From positions 1-36,343 of the forward strand of contig QHTZ01000076.1 in the NCBI GenBank assembly GCA_003221005.1: DNA of 36,343 bases. The letters are read 5' to 3'. Each line of letters opens with the position of its first letter. Position 1 is the stretch's first letter. Positions 19,133 to 29,696 of the stretch are shown here, in pieces. The position numbers were made by a program, and so were the translations under genes. This DNA is from Gemmatimonadota bacterium (GTDB lineage Bacteria > Gemmatimonadota > Gemmatimonadetes > Gemmatimonadales > GWC2-71-9). The notes under the pieces are model-generated. The model was not told where the DNA came from. It made no database searches and worked only from the letters and a program-made list of their open reading frames with translations.

Positions 19133-19852
19133 ATGACCACCGCTCTTCACTCGCTGACCGCGCCACACGCGCCGGCGCTTGGGGCGTACCCCGCGCCGCA
19201 TGCGGCCGCCCGCGAACCGCGCACGCGCCGCGTGCTCAACGTGCTCGTGGCGGCGGTCGGGATCGTCCTCGCGCTCCCGCTGATGCTGCTCCTTGCCGTG
19301 CTGATCAAGCTCACGTCGCGCGGCCCGGTGTTCTTCACCCAGATGCGAATTGGCATGGACCGCCGCTCGCTGTCGCGCGTGGGCGGGAATACGCGGCGCC
19401 AGATGGATCTGGGCGGCCGGCCGTTCGTCATGTACAAGTTCCGCACGATGTACGTCGATCACGGGAACGGCGACCGCCACGTGTGGGCGCGCCCCGGTGA
19501 CTCCCGCGTGACCGCGATCGGGCGAGTGCTGCGCAACCTCCGGCTCGACGAGCTGCCGCAACTCGTTAACGTGCTGAAGGGCGACATGAACGTCGTGGGC
19601 CCACGGCCCGAGCAGCCGGCGATTTTCGTCTATTTGCGGGAGCAGATCGAGGGGTACCAGCGCCGCCAACGCGTGCGGCCGGGCATTACGGGGTGGGCGC
19701 AGATCAACCAAGCGTACGATCAGTCCGTCGAGGACGTCCGCAACAAGCTCAGGCTCGACCTCGACTACATCCGGCGCCAGTCGGCACCCGAGGACCTCAA
19801 GATCATGGTGCGGACGCTCCCCGTCATGCTGTTCGGGCGCGGCGCCTGGTGA
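19133..19852 (+). CDS. Priming phosphoglycosyl transferase (bacterial sugar transferase)
   Basis: GPVFF.Q.R.G, YKFRTM, RLDELPQL, VGPRPE and RPGITGWAQI. Confidence 0.93.
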   Translation: MTTALHSLTAPHAPALGAYPAPHAAAREPRTRRVLNVLVAAVGIVLALPLMLLLAVLIKLTSRGPVFFTQMRIGMDRRSLSRVGGNTRRQMDLGGRPFVMYKFRTMYVDHGNGDRHVWARPGDSRVTAIGRVLRNLRLDELPQLVNVLKGDMNVVGPRPEQPAIFVYLREQIEGYQRRQRVRPGITGWAQINQAYDQSVEDVRNKLRLDLDYIRRQSAPEDLKIMVRTLPVMLFGRGAW

Positions 19853-19859
19853 CGACGGG

Positions 19860-21035
19860 TCAGCGCGCCGGCACGGGGTCGCGGCGCGTGGGCTCCCACA
19901 CCGGCGCCAGCCGACCCGCCAGAACCCGCAGCCACGCGTGCAGCACCGCCAGATTCCCAGCCACGAAGTAGGTCGGCAAAGCGAGCAGCCGCGGCAGCGT
20001 CTTGCGCTCCGGCCACAGCCATCCGCAGGCGGCCAAGAGAGCGAGCACTGCCGAGGTGGCGAGAGCGGCACGGGCCCATCCTGACGTGAACGCCAGTACA
20101 CCAAGGGCGGCCAGGAGCGACGCCAACGCCCAGGGCACGAGCCAGCGACAGAGCTTGTGGCTGAAGAGCATCCAGGCGAACACGCCGTAGCGCAGTGGGT
20201 TCAGCAGGGCGCGCTTGTAGGCCAGGGTGCCGAGGCCGCGAGTGATGGTCCTCACCTTCCGTCGGTACTCCTGGCGCAGCGACGCGCCCCGCGGCACGAA
20301 GCACACCGCTTCCGGAACGGACACCGCCCGCCGCCCGTGCTCCCGGGCGGTGAGCGCCGCGGCAAAGTCGCGACTCAGGGCCTCGGGCACGTCCTCCATA
20401 TGCAGCTTGGCGCGGATCGCGTACAGGCATCCTGACGCGCCCACGATTCCATACACCTTCGTCTCCAGGTCGCGGGTCCACATTTCGTACCCCACGTACG
20501 CTTCCTCCCCGGCGTTCGCCTGCGCGCTCACATCCGCTACGCTCACGTCGCGCCCTGAAGCGACGCCAACTGATGCGTCAGTGAACGCGCCCACGAGATG
20601 CTTGACGGCCTCGGGGTGGATCCGTACCGAGGCGTCGGTGTTGACGACGATCTCACCCGTGAGGTGCCGGCGCGCCGCGTTCTCGGCAGCTGTCTTGCCG
20701 CGCCGTTGCGACAGCTGCAACAGCTCGACGCCGCGGTCGCGGAAGCTCGAGACGATCTCATGCGTCCGGTCCGTGGACGCGTCCGAGATCACGAGGATCT
20801 GGTGCCGATCGGCCGGATAGTCGAGCGCGAGGATGCGTTCGAGGGTGCCGGCGATGACGTGCGCCTCGTTGTAGACGGGAAGGGTGATGCTGATCCGAGG
20901 CCAGCGGGACGGGGCTCGCCGCGCGCGCGGCCTGTGAGGGCGCAGTCTCAGCAGTGTCAGGATGGCGGGATAGCCGAAATAGGCGTACAGGCAAAAGCCC
21001 AGCGCCAGTGCGAGCACGACCCGAGGCAGCACCAT
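19860..21035 (-). CDS. Glycosyltransferase family 2, membrane-associated
   Basis: YFGYP, LPVYNE, SDASTD, GKTAA, NTDA and GASGCLYAIR. The start is coupled to the upstream stop. Confidence 0.92.
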   Translation of the reverse strand: MVLPRVVLALALGFCLYAYFGYPAILTLLRLRPHRPRARRAPSRWPRISITLPVYNEAHVIAGTLERILALDYPADRHQILVISDASTDRTHEIVSSFRDRGVELLQLSQRRGKTAAENAARRHLTGEIVVNTDASVRIHPEAVKHLVGAFTDASVGVASGRDVSVADVSAQANAGEEAYVGYEMWTRDLETKVYGIVGASGCLYAIRAKLHMEDVPEALSRDFAAALTAREHGRRAVSVPEAVCFVPRGASLRQEYRRKVRTITRGLGTLAYKRALLNPLRYGVFAWMLFSHKLCRWLVPWALASLLAALGVLAFTSGWARAALATSAVLALLAACGWLWPERKTLPRLLALPTYFVAGNLAVLHAWLRVLAGRLAPVWEPTRRDPVPAR

Positions 21036-22156
21036 CACGTCGCCACCGGCGCGGGCACGCCCTGGGAGACCTGCCGGTAGATGCCCGCGTAGCGGTCGAG
21101 CCACGGCCCGCCGCTGAAGTCCCGCTCCAGACGAGTGCGCGCGGCACGCGCGCGCTGCTGCGCCGCGGCCGGGCGCTCGTACACGCCCAGAATCTCCGCT
21201 GCGAGGGCGACCGGGTCGTCCGGAGGGACGAGTACGCCTTCCGTTGACGACATGACATCGGGCACGCCCCCTACGCCGGTCGCGACAATGGGGACACCGG
21301 CGGCCATCGCCTCGAACAGAACGACGGGAGTGCCTTCCGTTCGCGAGCTCAACACAAAGACGTCGAACGCCGAAAACAATCGCGCCGCACCCGGCACCAC
21401 GCCGTGCCAGTGGATTCGCTCCGCGAGCCCGAGGGCACGCGCCCGATCGAGTAGCACGCCGCGCTCGCGGCCCGTCCCAAGGACGGAGACGACAATCGGC
21501 AGGTCCCGCAAGTGCCCGATGGCATCGAGCAGGACGTCTGGACCCTTCTCCACGCTGAGCCGGCCGACCCAACCGACGTGAAAGGCGCGCGCAGGGATGC
21601 CGAGGGCGCGGCGTGCCGCGAGTCGCTCGAGCGGCGGCGTGATTCCCTGCCACGCGTTCTGGACAAGGTGCAACCGGTGGGGCGGTACACCGTCCTGAAT
21701 CAGCTGCACCATGAGCGGGCGCGAGACCACCACCACGGCGTCGAACTTCCGGTGGGCGCGCCGCTGCATCCGCTCGTACAACCGGTTCTTCCAATCTCCT
21801 CCGGTGAAGCCGTGAACTGTCGTCACCGTCGGGATGCCTAGCCGCCGGGCCACGGGTGCGTCCACGACATCCGGCCGATACCCGTGCGTGTGTACCACGT
21901 CGGGCCGCAGTCGGCGGCACAGCGCCAGGATCGCGGCGCGCTCTCGCCAATAGGCACGGCCCGAGAGGACGATCGGATGCGTCGTGACCCCACCGGCCCC
22001 CAGTGAATGGAGGAGCTGATCGGCCGCACCGGCGCCGTCGAGCACCGCTGCCACGTGCACCTCTTCCCCGGAGCGCGCCTGTCCTTGCGCGAGCAAGTGG
22101 ACGACGTGCTCCAAGCCGCCGACCTCCGCCGGCGCTAGAATGTGGAGGATGAGCAT
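21035..22156 (-). CDS. Glycosyltransferase family 4
   Basis: GGLE, HTHG, GRLSVEKG, EGTPVVLFEAMAAG (EX7E) and VGGVPD. Confidence 0.94.
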   Translation of the reverse strand: MLILHILAPAEVGGLEHVVHLLAQGQARSGEEVHVAAVLDGAGAADQLLHSLGAGGVTTHPIVLSGRAYWRERAAILALCRRLRPDVVHTHGYRPDVVDAPVARRLGIPTVTTVHGFTGGDWKNRLYERMQRRAHRKFDAVVVVSRPLMVQLIQDGVPPHRLHLVQNAWQGITPPLERLAARRALGIPARAFHVGWVGRLSVEKGPDVLLDAIGHLRDLPIVVSVLGTGRERGVLLDRARALGLAERIHWHGVVPGAARLFSAFDVFVLSSRTEGTPVVLFEAMAAGVPIVATGVGGVPDVMSSTEGVLVPPDDPVALAAEILGVYERPAAAQQRARAARTRLERDFSGGPWLDRYAGIYRQVSQGVPAPVAT

Positions 22157-22182
22157 CGGTTCCTTCTTCCGCCGCGCCTCCG

Positions 22183-23385
22183 TCAGGTGCGGGCGATCAC
22201 CGTGGAGGACAACTCCGACACACCGGACCGGAGGGACCGCGGACTCCCCCGTTGCCGCCCCAGCAGGACCGCGGCGACGGTTCGCGCCACGACCGCCGCG
22301 CCCGCCGGGGTGAGGTGGTCGTGGTCGTAATAGTGGCGCAGCCCCTGGGTCAACACTGGACGGAGGTCAAGGTGTGGGACGCAGAGTGCCTCGGCAATCG
22401 TGGCGGCACGGGCATCGACGAGCCCCAACAGGTGGTTGACGACCTCCAGGCTGTAATAGACGCTGACGGTTTCCTTCCAGGGCAAACCGACCGCGCCATG
22501 CCAGAAACGAGCCCGTTCCTCGGCTGTATAGTCCTTCTCGAACCATGGCTGGCGCACGACGAGCACGCGTTTCGCGTGCGCCATGGCTCTGCGGACGACT
22601 CGGCGGAAATGGAGCTCGAAGTTATCCAACAGGGAGGCTGGGTCCGGCACCGCCGTTCGCACCTCCTTTGCCGCGGCGCGCATCAGCCGCGCGGTCGCGA
22701 ACCACGCCCCGCCCCGCTCCTTCACCTCCAACGGATGCAACCATGATCGACGCAGCCGGCGGGCCACCTCCGTGAGGGCCCAGGCGGCAGGCGCCACACC
22801 GAAGGGCTGTCTCGGGTGACAGCCGAACAGCATTAACTCCGGCACCGGAGGGGCCGCACACGAGGGGGGCGCGCCGATCTCGAGCCAGTGGTACACGTCG
22901 CTGGCCCCGACCATGATGAGAATGGCATCGAGGTGGCGGTACCGGGGGAGGACCCGCTCGAGGATGACGTCCAACTCGATCGACCCGACGCCCGAGTGGC
23001 CGATATTGCCCACGTGAACCTGGCGAGCACCTAAGGTGCGGAGGCTGCCCGGTGCATTCAGCAAACGCTCGAGAGCCCCTGGCCAGCTCGTGGGCTGGTC
23101 GAGCATGAAACACTCGACGGCGCTTCCCCCCACGGCCAGAATCCGGTAGAGTCCCGCATCGCTCCCCCGAACGTCGTCGCCGCGCTCACCATCCGCGTTG
23201 ATGTCGAACCGCACTCGGCGTTCGAGCTCAGGACATGCCTCGGGATCCACCTGGATCTCAAGCCTTGCCCCTGGCGCCCACACGTAGCAGTGGGAACGCC
23301 GTCGAACCCACCAGCGGGCTCCCACCTCGGCGACGGCGAGCATGGTCAGTAGCGCGCATGCGGCGACGAGCACGCCGATGGTCAT
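22183..23385 (-). CDS. SGNH/GDSL-family hydrolase or acyltransferase
   Basis: N-terminal TM segment, block I GGS, block II NIGHSG and C-terminal DHDH. ATG 23385 overlaps the flippase stop. Confidence 0.75.
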   Translation of the reverse strand: MTIGVLVAACALLTMLAVAEVGARWWVRRRSHCYVWAPGARLEIQVDPEACPELERRVRFDINADGERGDDVRGSDAGLYRILAVGGSAVECFMLDQPTSWPGALERLLNAPGSLRTLGARQVHVGNIGHSGVGSIELDVILERVLPRYRHLDAILIMVGASDVYHWLEIGAPPSCAAPPVPELMLFGCHPRQPFGVAPAAWALTEVARRLRRSWLHPLEVKERGGAWFATARLMRAAAKEVRTAVPDPASLLDNFELHFRRVVRRAMAHAKRVLVVRQPWFEKDYTAEERARFWHGAVGLPWKETVSVYYSLEVVNHLLGLVDARAATIAEALCVPHLDLRPVLTQGLRHYYDHDHLTPAGAAVVARTVAAVLLGRQRGSPRSLRSGVSELSSTVIART

Positions 23386-24890
23386 GCCCGGCTCCAGGCC
23401 CGCAACACGGGAAGCCGGGCCCGCAGGTCGACGTATGGATCGTTCCGATACACGAAGAACACCCACGTCAAGCCGAAGAGCAGCACCATAGCGACGCCGG
23501 CACTCGCCAAGCCCCCGAGGCTTCGGACGTCGAGGCCAAGCTTGAACCAGAACAGCAGTGCCAGCACTGGGAGCGCGCCGAGGGTCGCGCGAGGCACTAC
23601 GTAGCGGAGGTACCCTGCGACTGGGGTCTGCAGCTCCCGGCAGGCATGGACCAAAACTAGGGCGGCGAACAGGACGTTAGGAATGGCGGTCCCGATCGCA
23701 ACGCCGGCGAGGCCCAGCGGGCGCGCCAGCACGACGCTCAGGCCGAGGTTGATGAGCCCAGCGACGAGGAATCCGATAGTCGGCAGACCCGGCTTGCCAA
23801 GCCCCATGAGAATCGGGAGCGCCACGCCGCGCACCGGGAGGAACACCAGGTACGAGACCATGAGAATCTGCAGCACCTGGCCCGCCGGCTTCTCGAACGT
23901 CGGATCGATCCACCAGGCGATGAACCGGGGCCCGAGGACAATCAGGAACAGCCCGGCCATCATCGTCAGCGAGAGGGCGATCTTGGACCACTTGAGGAAG
24001 ATCTCACGCAACTCCGCGGTCCGTCCCTGGGTCTTCAGCCGCGTCGCCAGCGGCATCACCACGGCGGCGATCGCGATGACCAGTTCCATCAGGTAGAGGA
24101 TAAAGCTGTTGGCGACGGTGAAGTACGGAATCGAGCTCACGTCCTGGAATTTCCCGATGACGAGCGAGTCCGTCTCGAACGAAAGACGGATCCCGGCGCT
24201 CAACACGAGGACGTACAAGCTGAAGGAGAAAATCCGCCGCACCATCCCCCAATCGAAGTCTGTCAGGCGGATCCGAGTGCCCGGATAGCGCCGCAGGATC
24301 AACCATGCGCACAGCGCAAAATCGAACGCCAAGCAGGCGAGCTGGATCAGGGCCAGGACGCTCAACGACGGCCTGAAAGTCAGCAGTCCGAGCGTCAGTC
24401 CCAGTCGCAGCAGTACGCCGGCGAAGCGCACGACGTTGCGGGGCACAAAGTCGTCGTGAGCGGAGAGAACCCCGTTCGGGAGCATCCCGACGAACCCGAC
24501 GGCCACGTACAAGACCGTGAGCGCGAAGGCCCAGTGGGCATCCGCCTGAATGCTCGCCGGAATGTCGTACGTGACGTTGAAGAACACGTACAGTCCCATC
24601 CCGACGACCAGCGCCACCCCGCCCAGCAGCAGGTACAGGGCGGTGCAGCTCCCGATGGCCTCGTTGAGTTTGCGCACGTCGCCGTCCGCCACGTGTTGCG
24701 CGAAGTAGCGGACCGACGCCATGGGCACACCGAGCACCAGGAGCCCGAGGTACCCGGTGATCGAGTTGATCAGGTTCCAAGTGCCGTACCCGGCGTCGCC
24801 GAGCTTGTGAAGCGTGAACGGAGTGAGAAGGTAGGCCGCTACGATGGTGACGAGCGTGATGATCCAGTTGCTGCCGACACTCTTGAACAC
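23382..24890 (-). CDS. wzx: Wzx-type oligosaccharide flippase
   Basis: Multi-TM, LTPF...LG..GYG.W, DSLVIGKF and LGLAGVAIGT; probable GTG start at 24890. Confidence 0.88.
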   Translation of the reverse strand: MFKSVGSNWIITLVTIVAAYLLTPFTLHKLGDAGYGTWNLINSITGYLGLLVLGVPMASVRYFAQHVADGDVRKLNEAIGSCTALYLLLGGVALVVGMGLYVFFNVTYDIPASIQADAHWAFALTVLYVAVGFVGMLPNGVLSAHDDFVPRNVVRFAGVLLRLGLTLGLLTFRPSLSVLALIQLACLAFDFALCAWLILRRYPGTRIRLTDFDWGMVRRIFSFSLYVLVLSAGIRLSFETDSLVIGKFQDVSSIPYFTVANSFILYLMELVIAIAAVVMPLATRLKTQGRTAELREIFLKWSKIALSLTMMAGLFLIVLGPRFIAWWIDPTFEKPAGQVLQILMVSYLVFLPVRGVALPILMGLGKPGLPTIGFLVAGLINLGLSVVLARPLGLAGVAIGTAIPNVLFAALVLVHACRELQTPVAGYLRYVVPRATLGALPVLALLFWFKLGLDVRSLGGLASAGVAMVLLFGLTWVFFVYRNDPYVDLRARLPVLRAWSRA

Positions 24891-24981
24891 GCGTTGTCTT
24901 CCCTCGCGACAGGGCCGCTCGTCCTCAGTCCGACGTGGGATTCCGCCCGCCCGCCCCAGTGCAGGGCCTGTGCCAATCGCC

Positions 24982-26028
24982 CTAACGAACTCCGGTAGCC
25001 GACGCGTGCGGCTCGAGCGTTGCGCTGTCGCCACACAGAAGCGCCGCGGCCTCGCTGATCGTGGCAAAGGTCACCCGAGTGAAACGGGCCAGGCCGTCGA
25101 GATAGGCGTCGACGGAGGCGTACAGGCGCGCGACATCCGCCGCCGTAGCCGCGAAGGGACTCAGCCCGGGCTTGAGACTCGGGGTATGCCAGGACAGCTG
25201 GAGATGGGGCACACCAAGTTCGAGCAGTTGGCGCGAGAGCGTCAGCATGTCGGCGACCGACGCCAGCTCCGGGCTCAGGGCGACGCGCTTGACCACGCCG
25301 GTCCGGGCGGCGAGCCCGGCGAGACGAAACCAGCGGAGCGGCGCCACATCGAGAAGGCGGCGTACGGGCTCCCAGAAGCTGAAGGGCCGGCGGCTGAAGC
25401 CGAAGGAGAGGGGGATCTCGACCAGGGGTCCCGAAGGGGCGGGCTGTGTGACGTCACGATCCGGCGCGAGGTGATACGGCGCGAGCGGCGCGCCCACGAA
25501 GTTCGGGCCATCGTCGAAGTCCTCCCAACTGATGAACGGGCACACACTCGAGTCGACGCGGTACCCGCAACGCAGCAGCGCGCCGACCGTATCGCGCCCG
25601 AGACCGTAGCGCCCGGCGCGAAAGGCGCGCGGCGGGAAGCCGAAGGTCTCCTCGAGCGCAGCGGTCAGGCGCTCGATCTTGGCCAGCTGCAGGTCGGCGG
25701 GCAGGTTCTTGAGCATCGAGTTCCGAGGGACTAGCGCTTGCAGCAAGGGAGGTGTGTTCCAGGGGTGCAGGTGCGCCGCGATCTCGCCTCCGCCCCGGTC
25801 ACATGCGTCCTGCAGCGCGTCCGCCGCCCGGGAGTCGATTGCGACTCTGTAGGCGGTGAAGTACGTCGGCCGCACCCCCAGGCGCCTGAAGAACTCCGCG
25901 AGCGGCCGGAGCTCGCCGATGTTCTCAAGCGTCACACCGCTACGGCTGGGGCGCCAGTTGTCCTCCTCAGTGTCGATCGACACGATGACCACGACGCCGC
26001 CAGAGCCGCGGCCAGGTCGCTCACTCAT
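24982..26028 (-). CDS. Polysaccharide deacetylase (WalW-like)
   Basis: SIDTEED, RPTYF, HLHPW, FRAGRY and DSSV. Confidence 0.85.
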   Translation of the reverse strand: MSERPGRGSGGVVVIVSIDTEEDNWRPSRSGVTLENIGELRPLAEFFRRLGVRPTYFTAYRVAIDSRAADALQDACDRGGGEIAAHLHPWNTPPLLQALVPRNSMLKNLPADLQLAKIERLTAALEETFGFPPRAFRAGRYGLGRDTVGALLRCGYRVDSSVCPFISWEDFDDGPNFVGAPLAPYHLAPDRDVTQPAPSGPLVEIPLSFGFSRRPFSFWEPVRRLLDVAPLRWFRLAGLAARTGVVKRVALSPELASVADMLTLSRQLLELGVPHLQLSWHTPSLKPGLSPFAATAADVARLYASVDAYLDGLARFTRVTFATISEAAALLCGDSATLEPHASATGVR

Positions 26029-27448
26029 CGATCCCTGCGGGCACAAGCTCTTGCGACGGGCGCCCTCCGGACAAGGAGGGAGCGGTCATGTACTCAGGAG
26101 GGGATACCCCGAACATCTCCAGGACCGTGGGTGCAATCGACCGCAACGGCACCCGTTCTTCGCACACGCGGTGATCCCGCTGAGGTGTGCGGATCCACAG
26201 CAGTCCGTCGGGATGGTGCATGCCGCTCTTGAGCCCGTCCGCCTGATAGAACACATCGAAGAAGGGCGTGGTGCGTCCCGACCCGGTGCGCAGTACGGCC
26301 TCCGTGGGCAGCGGTTGGAAGATCTTGCACCCGCTGAACAGGGCCGGTCCCTCCCGGCTGACGAGCATCGCGGGCGCGTTGTCGACCCGCAGCGCGCCCA
26401 ACTGGGCTTCAGCCCGCCGTGCGTCCCGCTCGCTCTCGAACCGCACGTGAAACTGCTCGGCCATGACCGGCGACACTTGGCACGGCGCGGTCACGCCCGC
26501 GACGGCCAGCAAGCGGGCGAAGTCGCGCGGGCGATAAAAGGTCTTGCCGCCGCGGTCCTCGTACATCAAACAGGGCTGCTGGCTCAACGCCGTGCACAGA
26601 ATCAGCGTCGTGTCCCGGCCCGCCAGCTCCATAAACTGGCCGAGCAGCTTGTCCATCTCCTGGTAGCCGAACAGAATTGCGCTCTCATATTCGGCTTGCT
26701 CCGCGAGGGCGGGCCTGATCTTGAAGTGCTCCGGCTCCATATTGCGCCAGTACTTGTGCTGCAAGTGCGCCGTGCTGTTGAGGAAGAACGTCGCAAACGC
26801 CGGCCGCAGCTTGCGGTAGTAAAACTGGAAGACGTCCCACTGCAGCTTGTCGAGGACCACCGCGCGCTTCCAGCGCCCGCCACCCTTGAGCTGCTCGCGC
26901 ATCAACTGCCGCACGATGGCGCTCGCCGTGCGCATCGAAAGGCCATGCGTGATCATGAACGTGACGAAGCTCACCAGCTCCGCAGGGGTCAGTGGGACAC
27001 GCTCGTTGGTATGCTCTTGCACGTTGCGCTGCACGAAACGGTAGTACGGCAGCAACTCGTCAGGATACGGCGCAACAGTCGTGGTCCACGGGTCCGGCAG
27101 CAGGTAGCCGTTCAGCGGCGCGTCGAATCTGGGATTCATGCTGCCACACACCCAAACCGGAATGTCGGCGTCCGACAGGAGATCCCACACGCACTTGCGG
27201 GTCAGCTTGGGTCCATCGCCGAGATGAAACACCCCGTGCTCGGCGTAGGAGAGACCGCTATGCACCGTGACCCACTGGATCCACGGATTCAGCTTGTCTT
27301 GCGGCTCTTCGGCATCGGTGATGTAAACGTCGGACTCCCTGTAAAACCGCTCGAAGTTGGGAAGCTTCCCTTGCTCGACGAACCGCTCCACCACCGCTGG
27401 CGTGAGCTCGTTGAATTCGAGTAGAACGACGGAGGCATCTCTGCGCAT
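26021..27448 (-). CDS. Alkaline-phosphatase-superfamily-like hypothetical protein
   Basis: VVLLEFNEL, PWIQWVTVHSG, AHLQHKYW, MDKLLG, SGMHHPDG and IAPTVLEMFG resemble the phosphodiesterase/sulfatase fold. Confidence 0.6.
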   Translation of the reverse strand: MRRDASVVLLEFNELTPAVVERFVEQGKLPNFERFYRESDVYITDAEEPQDKLNPWIQWVTVHSGLSYAEHGVFHLGDGPKLTRKCVWDLLSDADIPVWVCGSMNPRFDAPLNGYLLPDPWTTTVAPYPDELLPYYRFVQRNVQEHTNERVPLTPAELVSFVTFMITHGLSMRTASAIVRQLMREQLKGGGRWKRAVVLDKLQWDVFQFYYRKLRPAFATFFLNSTAHLQHKYWRNMEPEHFKIRPALAEQAEYESAILFGYQEMDKLLGQFMELAGRDTTLILCTALSQQPCLMYEDRGGKTFYRPRDFARLLAVAGVTAPCQVSPVMAEQFHVRFESERDARRAEAQLGALRVDNAPAMLVSREGPALFSGCKIFQPLPTEAVLRTGSGRTTPFFDVFYQADGLKSGMHHPDGLLWIRTPQRDHRVCEERVPLRSIAPTVLEMFGVSPPEYMTAPSLSGGRPSQELVPAGIDE

Positions 27449-27707
27449 AGCTCGCTCCTCACGCGGTCGCGCCTTCCACCGCTTGCGTGCGTGGGCGCCG
27501 GCTCCTCACCGCGCCCCGTTTCCCCGCATCACTCTTGCAAGGCTTGGGCTCCCAGCGTGACCGCGCCGGGCGGTCGTAACCACATACGCCGGAACGCGTT
27601 GCGTAGGGTACCGTGGCGCTTGGCTGACGCGCCGGAACACCAGTCCGTTGCGCCGGCGCGGCGGTCGTTTCCCGAGTCTTACGCTCCGTTGGGAGGTACG
27701 AGATCAC

Positions 27708-29696
27708 ATGTGCGGCATCGCTGGCGTCATCCACCGAGACCCCCACCAACCGGTATCCCTGGAGCTGGTCCGGGCCCTGTGCGCCGCCCTCGAGCACCGG
27801 GGCCCGGACGATGAAGGCCTCTACGTTCGCGGCCCCGTCGGACTGGGGATGCGGCGGCTGAGCATTATCGACGTGAGCGGCAGCCAGCAGCCGATCTTCA
27901 ACGAGGATGGTTCCAAGGTCATCGTCTTCAATGGCGAGATCTACAACTATCGCGAGTTACGCCGCGGCCTCATCGCCCGCGGCCACGTGCTCCGTACGCA
28001 GGGCGATACGGAGACCGTACTCCACCTGTACGAGGAGCTCGGACCGGCGTGCGTCGAGCAGCTCCGCGGCATGTTCGCGTTCGCCATATGGGACGCGACC
28101 CAGCGCACGCTGCTGCTCGGCCGTGACCGCTTCGGCATCAAGCCGCTGTACGTGCTCACGGCCCCCTGGGGCATCGCGTTCGCATCCGAGCTCAAGGCGC
28201 TGCATGCGGCTGGCCTGACGTCTCGTGCGCTCGACTGGGAGGCGCTCGACGCGTTTCTGCACGTCGGGTACATCCCCGCTCCGGCGACCCCGTTCCAGGA
28301 TGTCCGAAAGCTGGAACCCGGCCACACGTTGGTGTGGAAGAGCAACGGCGGCGACAGCATCGTGCGACGCTACTGGCATCTGCCGCCCGATGGCGTCGGC
28401 CGCCCGCCCACTGTCGAGGCGCGAATCCGCGACTGGGTCGACGAGTCGGTCGCCGCACACCTCGTCAGCGATGTCCCTGTCGCCGCGTTCTTGAGCGGCG
28501 GTCTGGACTCCTCGACCGTCGTGGCGAGTATGGCCCTGGTCGGTGAGCCGCCGCACGCGTTCACCGCGCGCTACTTCGGGTCCGGCCAGGAGACGGTCGA
28601 CGAGACGGGGCTCGCGCGCGAGCTCGCTCGCCGCTACGGGGTGAACTTGACGGTCGTGGATATCCATCCGAACATCCGCGAGATCTTCGAACCGATCGTA
28701 TGGGCACTCGACGAGCCCCACGCCGACGACTCGGCGATTCCTACGTGGCTCTTGTCGCAGGCTGTTGGGCGAGACTACAAGGTCGCGCTCACCGGCATCG
28801 GTGGAGACGAGCTATTCGGCGGGTATCCGCGGCACATCGGTCTGCCCCTCGCCGAGATCTACGGGAAGCTGCCCGCCGGCGTGCGACGGCTGGCGAGCGC
28901 CGCCGCCCAGCTGCTACCGGAGCCACGGACCGGCACCCTGGGCGTGGATCGGATCAAGCGGTTCCTGCGCTCAGGCGACGGAGACCTGCCCGAGCGGTAC
29001 CTGAGCTTCATGAGCCGGCTCGCCAACGGGGAACGGTCCAACCTCTACGCGCCCGCCCTCAGGGCCAGCATAACGGGCGACGCCGCCCGGGCACGGTTGC
29101 GGTCCCTGTACCACGACGAGGCATGTCCCTCAGGCCCCACGGCCGCGCTGTACCTCGACTACACGGCATACCTCCCCGACGACCTGCTGGCGCTGAGCGA
29201 CCGGCTCGCAATGGCCCATGGGCTGGAGATCCGGGTGCCATTCGTGGATCACGAGTTGGCGACGAGGGTTTTTCCGCTGCCGTATCGTCTCAAGATCGGT
29301 TGGTGGCGGAACAAGCGGCTGCTGAAGCGGGCCATGCACGCTCGGCTCCCGGAGGCTCACTCCAGAGCACCCAAGCGCGGGTTCGTCGGCCCCACAGCCG
29401 CGTGGCTGCGCAACGAGCTGCGGGGAATGCTCGAGGACGAGCTCTCGCCTGACCGGCAACGCCGCCTTGGCTATTTCCATCCGCCGACGGTCGACCGCTT
29501 GCTGCGCGAGCACGCGACGGGCCGACACAATCGGGAGCGCATCCTGTGGGCCCTCCTGTCGTTCTCGACGTGGCACCGCATCTTTGTCGAGTCAAGCGCC
29601 CGGGGCAGCGCGGCGGGCAACTCCAACGGACGTATCACCTCACAAGCCGCTGGCGACAACGGTACCGTAGCAAGTCAGTCAACGTGGGCAGGCTGA
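27708..29696 (+). CDS. asnB: Asparagine synthase-like amidotransferase
   Basis: MCGIAG, HRGPD, RRLSIID, FNGEIYN, FLSGGLDSS, GGDELFGGY and EIRVPFVD; GGAGG RBS. Confidence 0.95.
   Translation: MCGIAGVIHRDPHQPVSLELVRALCAALEHRGPDDEGLYVRGPVGLGMRRLSIIDVSGSQQPIFNEDGSKVIVFNGEIYNYRELRRGLIARGHVLRTQGDTETVLHLYEELGPACVEQLRGMFAFAIWDATQRTLLLGRDRFGIKPLYVLTAPWGIAFASELKALHAAGLTSRALDWEALDAFLHVGYIPAPATPFQDVRKLEPGHTLVWKSNGGDSIVRRYWHLPPDGVGRPPTVEARIRDWVDESVAAHLVSDVPVAAFLSGGLDSSTVVASMALVGEPPHAFTARYFGSGQETVDETGLARELARRYGVNLTVVDIHPNIREIFEPIVWALDEPHADDSAIPTWLLSQAVGRDYKVALTGIGGDELFGGYPRHIGLPLAEIYGKLPAGVRRLASAAAQLLPEPRTGTLGVDRIKRFLRSGDGDLPERYLSFMSRLANGERSNLYAPALRASITGDAARARLRSLYHDEACPSGPTAALYLDYTAYLPDDLLALSDRLAMAHGLEIRVPFVDHELATRVFPLPYRLKIGWWRNKRLLKRAMHARLPEAHSRAPKRGFVGPTAAWLRNELRGMLEDELSPDRQRRLGYFHPPTVDRLLREHATGRHNRERILWALLSFSTWHRIFVESSARGSAAGNSNGRITSQAAGDNGTVASQSTWAG

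Noticed and set aside
27537-27551. Sigma54-like GAGCCC-AAGCC-TTGC (minus), and GGGCAT-GGAAA-GTGT at 32572-32586
   Set aside because: Each lacks one invariant dinucleotide, so neither is listed as a feature.
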